In this document: positions 8,865 through 17,442 of the stretch, piece by piece
Layout of the letters: each line of letters opens with the position of its first letter
How positions within the stretch are numbered: the first letter of the stretch is position 1
Source: a virus
Length of the DNA stretch: 64,000 nt
Reading direction: 5' to 3' (one strand)
IMG/VR virus record: IMGVR_UViG_3300045988_070370
Location: 1 to 64,000 of that record
Made by a program: the position numbers and the translations under genes
The notes under the pieces: generated by a model
Told to the model about the DNA's origin: nothing
Database searches by the model: none
What the model saw: only the letters and a program-made list of their open reading frames with translations

Positions 8865-10403
8865 TTAGGCAGCAGCCTTGGTCTCTCCCGTCTCAGCCAT
8901 ACCATCTGTTGCAGGAACCGCAGCAAGGCGCATACGAGCGTGTGCCTTAGGGTACTTCAAGTACAGACAAGCAACCTCCTGAATGACTACAGCATCGGTG
9001 TTGCGAATACCAGCCTTCTTCAAATCGAGTACGTTACGAGTCCAAGACAAGTGTACTCGCTTAACCAAGAACTCTGGGTCAAGAGCAAAGCCACAGTCGC
9101 TCATACCGAAGATGTCAAACAACTCAGAGTGAATCATCAGAACCTCACCAAAGTCGGTCTCCCAACTCTTGAACTTCAAGTTCCAAACCTCTACGGTGTC
9201 CTTCAAGCGGAACTTGTCAGAATCAATCTTGCTGAATGCACTCACGAAGTCAGAACCAGCGATAATCACCTTGCGCTTGTTGCCGATACCAGTGCCAACA
9301 AACAAGTCCTTGGAAATGTCAACCAACTCCAAATCTGTGATAACTCGCTCATTCTTGTTGTAACCCTTCTTCATATCATCAGCAGTTGCAACATGACCAA
9401 CTTCAATATCCTTACCAGCCATCCACCAGATACCCTTGGTAAACCACTGAGCAGAGTTGTTCTTGGTAGTATGCTTAATACAAGCCATATCACCGAAGAG
9501 GTAAGTACCCTCCATGGCAAGGCGCATATCGTAAATACTATCCTCTTCTATGTCTGAGAAGTCCCAATCCACTCGCTTAGCCGCAATCTTGTTGAAGGTA
9601 CTCTCCTCAATCTGAATCATAAAGTTCTGACAGAACTGAGTCTCAGAATCAGGAAGGTTGTTGAAACGACCAGTCTGAACATCCAACTCGCCGCAACTCT
9701 TCGCCATACGGATAAGCACCTGACCCTTCTTCAAGGCTGGAATGCCGATAGCCTGCTTGTTGACCAATTCACCATTTACTGCAAACACAATAGGATAACC
9801 CTCATTATCCTTGCCGCAAACACAAAGTTCCAAATCAGGAGTAGGAGCATCTTTAATAGTTGAATAAGCAACACCCTTATAGTTGGTAATTGCCTTCACA
9901 TTTACCACTCGGATAGTATCATCCAGTGTGAACATTTCAGGGTCTTCCACCTTCAACACCATAGATGTACCAGTACTCTTCACGGTGTCCTCCTTGACAG
10001 TTGTCTTGATAGGACGAGTGCCGATACTCCAGTATTCTACCACAAACGAACTTGCAGACTTGGTTGTCGCATAGCGTGAAATCTGGTCAACAGGAGTAGC
10101 CATCGGACGAATCTTGGTAATCTTGTCGTTGATGTCGTTCTCATAGAACTCCGTACCTTTCTCGTTATAAGCTTCACGACCCTTGGTTTCGGTAGCGATA
10201 CCATCATCCTGACGAGCCGCACCACCATTGCCAGCTTCATCGGCAGCGGTAGCACCGCCAGCCTCAGCAGCATGACCACTCTCGGTAGTACCGCCATCAG
10301 GCAGAGCAGCCTCAGCCATGACCACATTACCATTCACTCCAAAAATAACTGCCATAACCATCAGAAAAATGGAAAGCAGCCGATTAAATGTACTTTTCTT
10401 CAT
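8865..10403 (-). CDS. major capsid protein candidate with unusual about-100-aa N-terminal extension
   Basis: The 512-aa ORF lies directly downstream of the scaffold-like gene, and its size and beta-rich body fit an HK97-fold coat protein. The first 30 aa look like a signal or TM segment. An internal ATG (M101, nt 10103) gives MATPVDQISRY.... Confidence 0.6.
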   Translation of the reverse strand: MKKSTFNRLLSIFLMVMAVIFGVNGNVVMAEAALPDGGTTESGHAAEAGGATAADEAGNGGAARQDDGIATETKGREAYNEKGTEFYENDINDKITKIRPMATPVDQISRYATTKSASSFVVEYWSIGTRPIKTTVKEDTVKSTGTSMVLKVEDPEMFTLDDTIRVVNVKAITNYKGVAYSTIKDAPTPDLELCVCGKDNEGYPIVFAVNGELVNKQAIGIPALKKGQVLIRMAKSCGELDVQTGRFNNLPDSETQFCQNFMIQIEESTFNKIAAKRVDWDFSDIEEDSIYDMRLAMEGTYLFGDMACIKHTTKNNSAQWFTKGIWWMAGKDIEVGHVATADDMKKGYNKNERVITDLELVDISKDLFVGTGIGNKRKVIIAGSDFVSAFSKIDSDKFRLKDTVEVWNLKFKSWETDFGEVLMIHSELFDIFGMSDCGFALDPEFLVKRVHLSWTRNVLDLKKAGIRNTDAVVIQEVACLYLKYPKAHARMRLAAVPATDGMAETGETKAAA

Positions 10404-10456
10404 TGTTATTTTGAATATTAATTAAACATTATATATTATCTTTTCACCTTGTCGAA

Positions 10457-11272
10457 TTATCGAATGTGTGTTCTCTTCTCGTTTCCACGTTCCCAAATGT
10501 TACCCCTACGTGAAGCCCTACCAAGCGCACCAAGGTCAGGCTGGTTATCCGTCTGCTTGGTCTCTGCATTGGCAGAATCAAGGTCAGCAGTACCATCACC
10601 CTTCTTTCTCAGTTCAAGGTTCTTGACGTGCTTGCTGTTCTTGCCGCGGACTTCACCCTCATGGGCAGCATCAGCCACATCGGTATCATGATTCTTTGCC
10701 TTGATGAACGCAGTAATCATTTCCTCAGTAAACTTGCCAGTCACCACATTGCGCATAGTCTGAAAGCATTGGTCGATAGCATTGTTCACCGCTTCCTCGC
10801 CATACTTCTCTTCCAATTTGTCGAAGACTTCATAGCTGGAAGGCATGTTCTTGTCATACTCCTCCTGCAACTTCTTGCCGTTGGCAGCATTCTGCAAGAA
10901 CTCCGACTGAGCCGATGCAATCTCATCCGCATTGTCAGGGTCTGAATAGTAGTCAATAGCATCCTCGCCATGCGTGCGAATCAACTCAGCGTAAGGACTC
11001 TTGCCAGCCTTCATCGCTTGAAGGAAGGTAGCCGCCTCAGGGTCACTACCCAGCCAATCGCCCATCGCCTTTTCGTTATCCTTGTAACCCTGCAAAGCCT
11101 TCTGGTCGGCATCATAATCATCATTGATTGCCCCATAGATAGACTCATCATCCGCATACTCCGTATCAGGATGGCGGGTCTTCAAACGCTCCAAAGCCAA
11201 GTCTCTCTTGGTCTTGGTGTCTTGCTGTTTTGCAGCACCAGCATTCTGCTCAATATTTGTATTATCGTCCAT
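10457..11272 (-). CDS. scaffolding protein candidate (271 aa)
   Basis: Highly acidic, helical-looking protein encoded immediately upstream of the capsid gene. Start trimmed to MDDNTN... because a -7 box sits at 11304-11311. Confidence 0.5.
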   Translation of the reverse strand: MDDNTNIEQNAGAAKQQDTKTKRDLALERLKTRHPDTEYADDESIYGAINDDYDADQKALQGYKDNEKAMGDWLGSDPEAATFLQAMKAGKSPYAELIRTHGEDAIDYYSDPDNADEIASAQSEFLQNAANGKKLQEEYDKNMPSSYEVFDKLEEKYGEEAVNNAIDQCFQTMRNVVTGKFTEEMITAFIKAKNHDTDVADAAHEGEVRGKNSKHVKNLELRKKGDGTADLDSANAETKQTDNQPDLGALGRASRRGNIWERGNEKRTHIR

Positions 11273-11303
11273 ATATATATGTGTAAATTTATAAATCAAT
11301 GCC

Positions 11304-11311
11304 CAAAAGTA
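11304..11311 (-). promoter_or_regulatory. -7 promoter box (TACTTTTG on minus strand) for head operon
   Basis: The plus-strand CAAAAGTA is the reverse complement of TACTTTTG. It lies in the divergent intergenic region 11273-11413. Confidence 0.45.
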
Positions 11312-11394
11312 ACACTTTTCAACTTATTATTAATCTTATCCGTTAACTATACTTAATCATATCCGATTAATTTGGTTATTTCAATACATTTTTG

Positions 11395-11402
11395 TATCTT
11401 TG
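11395..11402 (+). promoter_or_regulatory. -7 promoter box TATCTTTG
   Basis: Matches TAnnTTTG and lies 11 nt upstream of the ATG at 11414. Confidence 0.5.
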
Positions 11403-11413
11403 CATCATAGACG

Positions 11414-11869
11414 ATGAAACATAAAGGCTCACGATGTGACTTTACAAAAGAACGTGACGCTGACATATTGAGAGCTTACAAAAAGATTATATCAGTAAGA
11501 GACGATATAGGCATCTTGGAGATTGAGCGAAGACTATTGCAATCTCCAAGCAAACGTTTTTGGGTTTCCTCTGACCGAGCATACAATGTCATTCTCAATA
11601 TGCTCAATGGTAAATCCATCAGCAGCATGAATCCACAGAAAAGAGCAATGTTTCAGGAGATTTTCCGAAGATACAAGATTTATTCCAAGGAGCATCCTTC
11701 TCTCACCAAGATGGATGCCATTTGGCATGTGTGCAATCAGGAAGCACCGAGTTTCTATCTCACTCCAAAATCCATGCACGTCATACTTCATCGGGTGAGG
11801 AAGGAGGAGAAGAAAAGATGCTACGAACTTCGTCAGAGAAGATTGCGCTTTATGCAGGGTACATTATAA
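11414..11869 (+). CDS. small basic DNA-binding-like protein (possible small terminase, unproven)
   Basis: The 151-aa basic ORF leads the terminase operon. No diagnostic motif, so the functional suggestion rests on position only. Confidence 0.5.
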   Translation: MKHKGSRCDFTKERDADILRAYKKIISVRDDIGILEIERRLLQSPSKRFWVSSDRAYNVILNMLNGKSISSMNPQKRAMFQEIFRRYKIYSKEHPSLTKMDAIWHVCNQEAPSFYLTPKSMHVILHRVRKEEKKRCYELRQRRLRFMQGTL

Positions 11870-12297
11870 TAATATGTATCACGCTCATAGGATATGATGG
11901 CATGGGTCTCTATGAAGGTTGCTCTATTCAGAACCGACTAAGTTACCCTTTCTTCCATCAGAACATCTTTCATGCAGCCATCAACCTCTATGTGTTTCAC
12001 CAATGTTACCGAGCAATCCCTTGCGGTATCGGTCACATGGTAGCATTCTATCTCATAGCCGTAAGCTATCCTTTTGCATCATCCGCACCAATCATCGGTC
12101 TCAGCGGATTTATCTATGCTTACATGGGCTTTATTGCCCCATACGTTGAGAATAAGGTAAGATACAATCTCACCATTCTCCTATATATCTGTGTTGGAAT
12201 CTTCTTCCCTTGCATGGCTGCTGGAGTCCACATCTATTGCTATGTACTTGGTCTGTTGTGGGGTTATTTAAATGCACCGCTATGCCAAGACAAGTAA
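11818..12297 (+). CDS. rhomboid-family intramembrane serine protease-like protein (159 aa)
   Basis: About six hydrophobic helices carry the three rhomboid signatures in the correct order: RLSYPFFHQNIFHAAINL (R...F.H....HxxxN), GLSGFIYAYMG (GxSG) and VHIYCYVLGLLWG (catalytic His helix). Start trimmed to the ATG at 11818. Confidence 0.65.
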   Translation: MLRTSSEKIALYAGYIIIICITLIGYDGMGLYEGCSIQNRLSYPFFHQNIFHAAINLYVFHQCYRAIPCGIGHMVAFYLIAVSYPFASSAPIIGLSGFIYAYMGFIAPYVENKVRYNLTILLYICVGIFFPCMAAGVHIYCYVLGLLWGYLNAPLCQDK

Positions 12298-14423
12298 AAC
12301 TGACAGATGCTGTAGACAAACATGTACTGGGCATCCTGAAAGAGAACGAGAAACGCATCAAGGAAATCAACACACCATTCAATCCTATCAAGGGTGAAGG
12401 TTGTGGAGATAAGCGATTCCTGCTCTTCCTTCCCGACTTCCCGATTCAGAGACAGCAGCTTCCAGTTTCGATGAAGAAGATTCCGCTCGTCAAGATGCTC
12501 ATCGAGTTGGGTAGCTGCAAGGCAGTAATCGAGGAACTGCACAAGGATATAGACGAGCCGTACAACCTAGAGGAAGAAATGGAGCAACTGGTGGAGCAGT
12601 TCACTCGCATCAGGATGAAACACGACCCCTTCTTCTTCTTTGCGACATTCATCTATATCAAACCGAAAAGTTGCGGTTTACCATTCTTATTCAAACTCAG
12701 AAGACCGCAGCGAAGGCTGCTCAGATGGTTGGAGGAGCGAAGAAAAAAGAATCGCCCTATCCGTCTCATTCTTCTGAAAGCAAGACAATGGGGAGGTTCT
12801 ACGGTTATCCAGATGTACTTCCTTTGGCTACAACTCATGTGGAAGAAAGGTCTTAACTCGCTTATTATCGCTCAGGTTAAGGACACAGCAGAAACCATCC
12901 GAGGTATGTTCGATGAGGCTTTGAAGATGTTTCCTGTAAAGTTCCTGCACGAAATGGGGGAAGCTTATTCTGAAAACGAACAAAAGTTTGTTGGATTCGG
13001 TACATCAGGTAACGTAAAGAAAGTACCTCAGAGATTCTGCAAAATTAAGGTAGGTTCAATGGAACGTCCTAAATCTCTAAATGGTGAAGATTATACGCTA
13101 ATCCACTGCTCCGAGGTTGGTTTATGGGAAGCAACAGATGGAAAAACACCAGAAGATGTTGTTAACAATGCCACAAATGGTGTACTCTACCGACCATATA
13201 CTATGATTGTATATGAATCAACCGCAAACGGTACAGGAAATTTCTTTCATAAGGAATGGTTGGCAGCAGAATCAGGGGAATCACAATTTGAGCCGTTTTT
13301 TGTCCCATGGTTCGAGATTTACGACCTATACCATCTTGATTTTGAAAGCAAGAAACAGAAAGAAGAATTTGCTAGATGGTTATACGAGAATCGCAACAAC
13401 ACCAACACGATGTCCGACCGTGAAGAGCCATGTACATATCTTTGGAAGTTGTGGCAAATGGGTGCGCCTTTAGAGGCGATTAACTGGTACATTATGGAGC
13501 GAAGGAAGTTTTCTGACCATGGTGACATGGCTAGTGGTTATCCATCAAATCCAGTAGAGGCCTTCAAACACTCAGGAGCCAAGGTATTTGCCGAAGACAA
13601 GGTTGACCAGTTCAAGAAAGGTTGCCGTGCACCTAAGTTCATCGGTGATGTTTATGGCGATGGTTATAAGGGTAAGAAGTGCCTACAGAATGTGCGATTC
13701 TCAGAAGACAAGACTGGTCAGTTGTGGATATGGAGCAAGCCTGAGTACTTTGATGATTGCAAGGTAACCAACCGCTATCTGGTTGTTGTGGATATTGGTG
13801 GTAGAGGTAGTAAGGCAGACTGGTCTGTTATCTGTGTCTTCGACCGCTATTGGATGATGGAAGGCGGCAAACCATACGTGGTAGCCCAATGGTACGGACA
13901 CATAGATATGGACTTGCTGGCATGGAAGGCAGCACAGATAGCCAAGTACTACGACAATGCCCTGCTGGTGATTGAATCCAACACCTTGGAGACGAAAGAC
14001 AAGGAGCACATCTTGGAAGGTGGTGACCAGTCTGAGTTCATCCTGAATCAAATCAAGGATGAGTACGATAATCTCTATGCTCGCAAGCAGAGCGAAGCAG
14101 ACATCAAGGAAGGTCTTCCACGTAAGTACGGATTCCATACCAATGTGGCAACCAAGCCGATGGTTATCTCTGTACTGGTTCAGGTAGTCAGAGAACATCT
14201 ATACGTTGAGCGAGACCAGCGATGCCTGAACGAGTTCCTTACCTACGAGCGTAAGAAGAACGGAGCATACGGAGCCATCGACGGAAAGCACGATGATTTG
14301 CTCATGACCAGAGCCATCGGACTCCACATCTGTTTCAATGAAATGGAAATGCCTAAGATGATAGAGAATAAGACAAGAGTAATGACAAGAAAGGTTTCTG
14401 TTTCGGCAGCAACCATCATATAG
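12282..14423 (+). CDS. terL: terminase large subunit
   Basis: Walker A-like KARQWGGST, Walker B-like TLIHCSE, and nuclease-domain acidic motifs VVVDIGGRGSKADWSV and HDDLLMTRA. Start set to MPRQVK (ATG 12282), which overlaps the upstream gene end by 16 nt. Confidence 0.85.
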   Translation: MPRQVKLTDAVDKHVLGILKENEKRIKEINTPFNPIKGEGCGDKRFLLFLPDFPIQRQQLPVSMKKIPLVKMLIELGSCKAVIEELHKDIDEPYNLEEEMEQLVEQFTRIRMKHDPFFFFATFIYIKPKSCGLPFLFKLRRPQRRLLRWLEERRKKNRPIRLILLKARQWGGSTVIQMYFLWLQLMWKKGLNSLIIAQVKDTAETIRGMFDEALKMFPVKFLHEMGEAYSENEQKFVGFGTSGNVKKVPQRFCKIKVGSMERPKSLNGEDYTLIHCSEVGLWEATDGKTPEDVVNNATNGVLYRPYTMIVYESTANGTGNFFHKEWLAAESGESQFEPFFVPWFEIYDLYHLDFESKKQKEEFARWLYENRNNTNTMSDREEPCTYLWKLWQMGAPLEAINWYIMERRKFSDHGDMASGYPSNPVEAFKHSGAKVFAEDKVDQFKKGCRAPKFIGDVYGDGYKGKKCLQNVRFSEDKTGQLWIWSKPEYFDDCKVTNRYLVVVDIGGRGSKADWSVICVFDRYWMMEGGKPYVVAQWYGHIDMDLLAWKAAQIAKYYDNALLVIESNTLETKDKEHILEGGDQSEFILNQIKDEYDNLYARKQSEADIKEGLPRKYGFHTNVATKPMVISVLVQVVREHLYVERDQRCLNEFLTYERKKNGAYGAIDGKHDDLLMTRAIGLHICFNEMEMPKMIENKTRVMTRKVSVSAATII

Positions 14424-14445
14424 TTCAAACTAAATAATTACGATT

Positions 14446-14751
14446 ATGAAAGTAACAAAGATTTTCAAGCGCATCAAGTGCGAAATCATGTACCGCCAAG
14501 CTACGGCTAAGGCAGACTACGCATCCAAGAAGAACAATGGAGAAATCTTCTATGTTCTTCCTACACAGAAGGGCAACCTGATGATTATGAACCGCTCACT
14601 ATTCGAGACGTTCAAGAGAACAAAACTGGTTGACAACGACATGAAGGTTAGAGACCTGTTCAGGGATTGTGTCTATCATACCAACTGCAAGAGCAAGAAG
14701 GGTAAGGCGAGCCGCAAGCGCAAATTCCTAAGATGGAAAGGACTTATTTAA
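14446..14751 (+). CDS. hypothetical basic protein (101 aa)
   Basis: ORF following terL. Lys/Arg-rich C-terminus. Confidence 0.5.
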   Translation: MKVTKIFKRIKCEIMYRQATAKADYASKKNNGEIFYVLPTQKGNLMIMNRSLFETFKRTKLVDNDMKVRDLFRDCVYHTNCKSKKGKASRKRKFLRWKGLI

Positions 14752-14796
14752 CAGTACTTCATTAACTGATAAGGTTATACAATTAGAATAAAAATA

Positions 14797-14804
14797 TAAC
14801 TTTG
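14797..14804 (+). promoter_or_regulatory. -7 promoter box TAACTTTG
   Basis: Matches TAnnTTTG and lies 14 nt upstream of the ATG at 14819. Confidence 0.5.
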
Positions 14805-14818
14805 CAGAAAAAAAGGAC

Positions 14819-16894
14819 ATGGCAGAAACTATCAATACACAGACTACTGGATATGAATGCGTTGGCATTGAAAAGATAGAGCAGACTTACGAAGGTCTGT
14901 TCGACAACAAGCCAAACATCATAACCATATATCTTACAAACGGAGACACTCATCAGTTTAAGGTGATGAATGGCTCACAAGGAGTAGGTATAGACAGGAT
15001 TGAGCAAAGGCAAACGTCCACCGTTAGTGGTGGAAGAAACGAGTTTGCCATTATTCTCACGAATGGAAAGGAATATACGTTCTCTACATACAACGGAAGC
15101 GGTGGCTCTGGGTCAAGTGGTAGTTTCAACCAAGTCCTACAGCAGCTGAACAACTTGTTGATGCCATCAGGAAAAAGCTACCTGTATTATAACGGAAGTG
15201 GCTTTGAGTGGAAATCTCCAGATGGTTCTACAGGTGGTGGCACGGCAGACCTCTCTGAGTACAGTTGGTGGGGAAGAAAGTTTGACCCTGCGTCTAAGTC
15301 GATTACAGGCGAAATGTCTAGTGTCACCTGTATAGAGTTTCAATCAACCAATGGCGAAACAGTCATCAGAAAGAAACTCCATCTTGACAAGAACGGTGAC
15401 TTGTGCTTTGACGGAAACTTATATGCCACTGGTGGAATAACAGCTTTAGGAGTAGGAACTACAACTGGTGGTGGTAGCTCATCTTCATCCCGCTATCCGT
15501 TCACCATCTACAATGGTTCATCGGATAATGACTATATTACTTATGATGGTAGTTCTTCTGCATATTTAAGGTTCAAAAGCGGTTTTTCTATATCAAAAAC
15601 AGGCTTGGGTTATGAGATTTCAGTTTCTGGTGGTGGAAGTGGTGGTTCTATACAAGTTGCACAAACACCAGAATATGCTGGAGAAAGTGAGAATTGGGTT
15701 AGTACAACTAAATTACGTTTTGTAGGTATTACTGGTACAAAACCAACTATTAGAACAAATTCTGAAAAAAGTTGTGTAGATGTTGGTATTCCTGTTGGTG
15801 GTGGAAGTGGCTCTAGTGGTACTACTGCTGGTAAGTTACGTTTCTACCAAGATAGTTCAGAAGAAACGTGGAATGGTGAATCTGACTTCAAGATAATCTT
15901 TGGCAGTGGAATCAACGTAACTTGGGATAGTCATTCACAGATTACTTTATCTGCTTTAGGCGGAAGTGGTGGTTCTACGTCAACAAGTGTATCTTGGTCA
16001 GACGTAACAAACAAGCCGAGCACGTTTACACCTAGCAGTCATACTCATTCAACAAGTGACATCAATGGTCTCTCTAATTACGTGCGGGGCATCACAGTTA
16101 ATAATGCTGACAAAGCAACGCAGTTGGCAAACCCACGACTCATTTGGGGACAGAGCTTCAATGGAACTGGTGACATCAACGGCAACTTGAAAATGGGTTC
16201 GGCAGGAGGTGGTTCTATTCAGCTTTGGATGAACAATGGCAATATGCTCGATCGTACAAACAATATACTCCATATTGGTTATGGACTGAAAGAATCGTCT
16301 TATGCAGAGATAAATTTGGATGCCTATGCAACGAAGGTTTATACCGACAACATGAGCAAGCACTATGATTTCAAGAGCAATGTCTTCGATGTTAATTCAA
16401 ACCAAATACACTTTGGTTCTGAAACTAATGGTGGTAAAATCTCTTGGGATGCAGCTAATAAAGCTTTCAAAATAGAAGGAAATATTTATGCTACTGGAGG
16501 TATAACTGCACTTGGTGTAAGTAATAATGCTACTACAAGCAATAATGTTGACTTTACTTTTAAAAGTGTTACTGCAAATACTTTTAATGTTATAGATAGT
16601 ATTCAACTATCTGATAGTCTTATCTTAAACAGGATTGACAGTAATGTTTACTTAGCTAGTACAGATGTTACTCAGGCTAGTTATATATATCTTGATGGTA
16701 ATGACCAAAATTATTATTTAAGTTCACAAGGAGACGCTTATTTTAATAGTTTAAATTGTGATATTTTTAATTTTTCTGGAGTTACAAATTTTGAAATTGT
16801 TGATGCAAATGATACAGGTTTTAACATTCAATTTAATTATAATGGTAAAACATATAAATTTTTTCCATCTGATAACAGTGTTACTGTAAGTTAA
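14819..16894 (+). CDS. tail fibre protein (691 aa)
   Basis: Multiple Gly/Ser-rich linkers (GGGSGSSG, GGSGGS). The segment N(L/I)YATGGITALGV is duplicated. Modular beta-rich sequence typical of fibres. Confidence 0.65.
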   Translation: MAETINTQTTGYECVGIEKIEQTYEGLFDNKPNIITIYLTNGDTHQFKVMNGSQGVGIDRIEQRQTSTVSGGRNEFAIILTNGKEYTFSTYNGSGGSGSSGSFNQVLQQLNNLLMPSGKSYLYYNGSGFEWKSPDGSTGGGTADLSEYSWWGRKFDPASKSITGEMSSVTCIEFQSTNGETVIRKKLHLDKNGDLCFDGNLYATGGITALGVGTTTGGGSSSSSRYPFTIYNGSSDNDYITYDGSSSAYLRFKSGFSISKTGLGYEISVSGGGSGGSIQVAQTPEYAGESENWVSTTKLRFVGITGTKPTIRTNSEKSCVDVGIPVGGGSGSSGTTAGKLRFYQDSSEETWNGESDFKIIFGSGINVTWDSHSQITLSALGGSGGSTSTSVSWSDVTNKPSTFTPSSHTHSTSDINGLSNYVRGITVNNADKATQLANPRLIWGQSFNGTGDINGNLKMGSAGGGSIQLWMNNGNMLDRTNNILHIGYGLKESSYAEINLDAYATKVYTDNMSKHYDFKSNVFDVNSNQIHFGSETNGGKISWDAANKAFKIEGNIYATGGITALGVSNNATTSNNVDFTFKSVTANTFNVIDSIQLSDSLILNRIDSNVYLASTDVTQASYIYLDGNDQNYYLSSQGDAYFNSLNCDIFNFSGVTNFEIVDANDTGFNIQFNYNGKTYKFFPSDNSVTVS

Positions 16895-16900
16895 AATATT

Positions 16901-17254
16901 ATGAATAAGAATATAAATACAAATGGAAGAGCTGCTTTATATGCGAGTATATATCCAGCTATAGAAAGAACCTGTGTTGCTAATGGGTGGTGTAGTGCAG
17001 TTCATGGTAGTGTAGTTACTGACTTTGACTTAACACTACAACCTTATACAGATAAAGCAATACAAATTAAGGAACTTCTTTATAAGATAAGAGCAGCTTT
17101 AGAACTTGGTAATATTCCAGTTTTATATGCAGGTAAATCTCATCATAATAGATGTATGTTTGGTATTTGTATAACTGAGAATATGTATCTAGATATATCT
17201 GTTATTGATGATGGTACTATAGGTGTTGAACATTTAAAGAAAGGAATGGTATGA
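16901..17254 (+). CDS. hypothetical protein in fibre module (117 aa)
   Basis: ORF with an ATGA overlap to the next gene, in an AT-rich region. Confidence 0.5.
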   Translation: MNKNINTNGRAALYASIYPAIERTCVANGWCSAVHGSVVTDFDLTLQPYTDKAIQIKELLYKIRAALELGNIPVLYAGKSHHNRCMFGICITENMYLDISVIDDGTIGVEHLKKGMV

Positions 17255-17439
17255 AAAAATTTATTCAGTGGTTGGCAAAGGTATTCAATGCCAACATAAC
17301 AACAGAGAAAGTAGTAACCAAGGAGGTAGTAAAATATGTATCTGCTGGTACTATTAGTGGTGATGTTTATGTAGATGGAAATCTTGTTGTAAATGGCAAG
17401 ATTGAAGCTACTGGTGGTATAACTTGTTTAAAGAATTAA
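17251..17439 (+). CDS. small fibre-associated protein (62 aa)
   Basis: The C-terminus KIEATGGITCL repeats the ATGGITAL motif of the tail fibre. Confidence 0.5.
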   Translation: MKKFIQWLAKVFNANITTEKVVTKEVVKYVSAGTISGDVYVDGNLVVNGKIEATGGITCLKN

Positions 17440-17442
17440 GGC

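Noticed and set aside
8847-10333. ORFs overlapping the capsid gene: 8847..9557 (+), 9169..9363 (+), 9883..10074 (+) and 10037..10333 (-).
   Set aside because: They are shadow frames within a well-supported structural gene. The 10037..10333 product is an Arg/Leu/Val-rich artefact of the GC-rich Ala/Gly-coding stretch.
11722-12297. The long listed starts for the rhomboid-like gene (11722) and terL (12210).
   Set aside because: The upstream extensions overlap the preceding genes heavily and encode non-conserved-looking leaders. In-frame ATGs at 11818 and 12282 give compact, operon-typical spacing.
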